In this document: positions 62,044 to 64,000 of the stretch, piece after piece
Layout: each line of letters starts with the position of its first letter
Position numbering within the stretch: position 1 is the stretch's first letter
Source of the DNA: Deltaproteobacteria bacterium
Lineage (GTDB): Bacteria; Desulfobacterota; Desulfarculia; Adiutricales; Adiutricaceae
NCBI GenBank assembly: GCA_031269825.1
Contig: JAISYP010000100.1
Span: 240-64,239, forward strand
Direction of reading: 5' to 3'
DNA length: 64,000 nt
Made by a program: the position numbers and the translations under genes
The notes under the pieces: model-generated
What the model saw: the letters and a program-made list of their open reading frames with translations, nothing else
Told to the model about the DNA's origin: nothing
The model's database searches: none

Positions 62044-63810
62044 GTGGACAAAGATCAAGAGATAGCCGAACTTAAGCTGATTTTGGGACAACTGCGGATT
62101 AAGACCAGTCAGGCCGAGATAACCGAACAGCGTTTAAGAGACGCCCGCGGTAAGGTCGACGCCCAAATCGAACAGTTCACCCGTATCCACCAATACGCCA
62201 TGCGAGCTTTCGGCGTCAATAGCGGGGACGAGGTTCATACTATGAGCTCCGAAGGCGTGGTGGATATTTTCCAGGTGGAAATGGGGGCGGTTTTTTTGGT
62301 CAATGTCTTTGACAATCAATTGAAGTTAGCCAGCCAGTGCAATATGGATGACGCCCCAGAGAGCCTGGCCCTTCCCCCTGACTGGTTGAAGGAACAACAA
62401 TTGTGGAAATTTCAACGCAGCCAAGCTTCCTTTGAGTCTCCGGCCCTCAGTCCCATGTGGAAAGAACTGGGACTGGCTCATGTGCTCTTCGCGCCACTGT
62501 TCGACAATGAAAAACGCCTAACCTGGCTGATGATCGGTGGTATCAGCCAGGAAGGCGAGCGTTTCTATGAATTCAACCCCCGCGAGACTCTCTCCCCATT
62601 CATGGTTTTCGCCCAGCAGATGAACGGCATCATCAACAACATAGCCGCCATTGACCGCGCTCGCCTGAGCGCCGAGGCGAAAAATCGGTTCCTGGCCAAC
62701 CTCAGTCACGAGATCCGCACCCCCATGAACGCCATCATCGGCATGGTTCAACTGGCCAGCAAATCCAATGATCTGACCGAGATCAATAGTTTCGTCAACC
62801 AGATCGACCTGTCCTCCAACCATCTGCTGGGTCTTTTGAACGACGTGTTGGATCTGACTAAAATTGAGGAGGGGAAACTAGAGCTAGTCGAAGAGGTCTT
62901 TAACCTCAAAGCGGTCATGGACAATATTATTAATTCCGTGCGGACTAACGCCAAGGGCAAAAACCAGGATCTGCGGGTAAACTATCACTCTTTAAAAAAT
63001 TTCGACCTTAAGGGTGACGCGGTTAAACTTTCCCAGGTCATCCTAAATCTACTCAGTAACGCGATTAAATTCACGCCCAATGAAGGCTGTATCCGACTAA
63101 ATATAGACGAAATCAATCAAGAGGCCAAGCGAATTTTCGTCAAATTTGAAGTCCGCGACACTGGGATCGGTCTATCCCAGGATTTTCTGACCCGCGTCTT
63201 CACTCCTTTTGAGCAAGCCGACAGTGGCATTTCCCGTAAATTCGGCGGCACGGGCCTTGGTCTAGCCATCAGCCAGCATATAGTCGAGCTCATGGGCGGC
63301 CGCATTCATGTGGAAAACTTACCCGAGGGTGGGGCCCACTTTTATTTCTACATCTGGTTTGATCTGCCAGAAGACCTTCCCGAGACGACTCAACCGGCGG
63401 AGGTGGAAGGGCCAGAACTTGACGGATTGACCGCCCTGATCGTGGACGATGTCGAAATTAACCGCTCCATCGCCGCCGCGTTCCTAAAAAAAGTAGGCGT
63501 GATTAGCGAACAAGCTACCGATGGGCGACAGGCCCTAGATAAATTCATTACCGCCGAACGCGGGCGCTATGATTTTATTTTAATGGATATGCAGATGCCC
63601 ATTATGGACGGAATCACGGCCACCAAGGCCATTCGAGCCGCTGGGCGACCGGATTCCACCAAGGTGGCAATTCTGGCCATGACGGCCAATGTTTTTAAGG
63701 AAGACGTTCAGGAAGCCATGAGCGCCGGTATGAACGGTTATATCGCCAAACCCATTAAAAATGAGGTATTCCTCAGCGCTATCCGCAAGGCTTTAGCCCA
63801 GTCCTTATGA
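62044..63810 (+). CDS. Hybrid sensor histidine kinase (coiled-coil/sensor region, HisKA, HATPase_c, REC)
   Basis: It has the H-box FLANLSHEIRTPMNAIIGM, the N/G boxes LLSNAIKFTP and GGTGLGLAIS, and a receiver domain (LIVDDVEINR...ILMDMQMPIMDG...AKP). Confidence 0.92.
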   Translation: MDKDQEIAELKLILGQLRIKTSQAEITEQRLRDARGKVDAQIEQFTRIHQYAMRAFGVNSGDEVHTMSSEGVVDIFQVEMGAVFLVNVFDNQLKLASQCNMDDAPESLALPPDWLKEQQLWKFQRSQASFESPALSPMWKELGLAHVLFAPLFDNEKRLTWLMIGGISQEGERFYEFNPRETLSPFMVFAQQMNGIINNIAAIDRARLSAEAKNRFLANLSHEIRTPMNAIIGMVQLASKSNDLTEINSFVNQIDLSSNHLLGLLNDVLDLTKIEEGKLELVEEVFNLKAVMDNIINSVRTNAKGKNQDLRVNYHSLKNFDLKGDAVKLSQVILNLLSNAIKFTPNEGCIRLNIDEINQEAKRIFVKFEVRDTGIGLSQDFLTRVFTPFEQADSGISRKFGGTGLGLAISQHIVELMGGRIHVENLPEGGAHFYFYIWFDLPEDLPETTQPAEVEGPELDGLTALIVDDVEINRSIAAAFLKKVGVISEQATDGRQALDKFITAERGRYDFILMDMQMPIMDGITATKAIRAAGRPDSTKVAILAMTANVFKEDVQEAMSAGMNGYIAKPIKNEVFLSAIRKALAQSL

Positions 63811-64000
63811 TCTTCGCTTACGGATCGCCTCTAAAGAAAAACTTCTATATTATTACAAAAATAGTTAGTTAGAAATTTATATGTTTTATATTTAATCCTT
63901 TTCATGATAAAAATAATCATTAATATTAAATTATAATGATTATATAAATTAATATTTTTCATGATCTATGAACTTGAGCGAAAAATATTTTTTTATTATA

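Overview
This is a chromosomal window dominated by housekeeping genes. On the minus strand: a glmU-like ORF, gyrB, dnaN, lepA, nadC, valS, cysK, livKHMGF and a cobN-like gene. On the plus strand: ppiD, ffh, rpsP-KH-rimM-trmD, proS, rel and rlmN. A DsrC with both C-terminal cysteines, a sigma-54 activator, FIST and hybrid-kinase signalling genes and overall gene content suggest a sulfite/sulfate-reducing Desulfobacterota-like organism; this is a low-confidence inference. Many genes are translationally coupled through ATGA/GTGA overlaps. The architecture is unusual. GC-rich operons are separated by long spacers of about 0.3-2.2 kb that contain very AT-rich cores with no ORF of 60 aa or more in the supplied track, and several spacers carry structured repeats or decayed genes. 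The most notable items are:
- a clear cobalamin riboswitch with a terminator, driving a cobN-like, cbiZ-like and radical-SAM/SPASM operon;
- a family of about 110-bp MITE-like inverted-repeat elements, one solo end of which abuts a truncated, frameshifted SNF2-helicase pseudogene;
- a nested hairpin-repeat array with CRISPR-like periodicity but repeated 'spacers', preceded by 16-17-bp iteron-like repeats;
- a trmD ORF that has no stop codon and runs in frame into dsrC, with rplS absent from its usual position;
- a C-terminally truncated glmU-like ORF;
- duplicated small-ORF modules, each with one in-frame TAG;
- an oleB/oleC-like gene pair;
- several helically phased direct-repeat clusters.
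No rRNA, tRNA, cas or intact transposase gene was recognised by eye.
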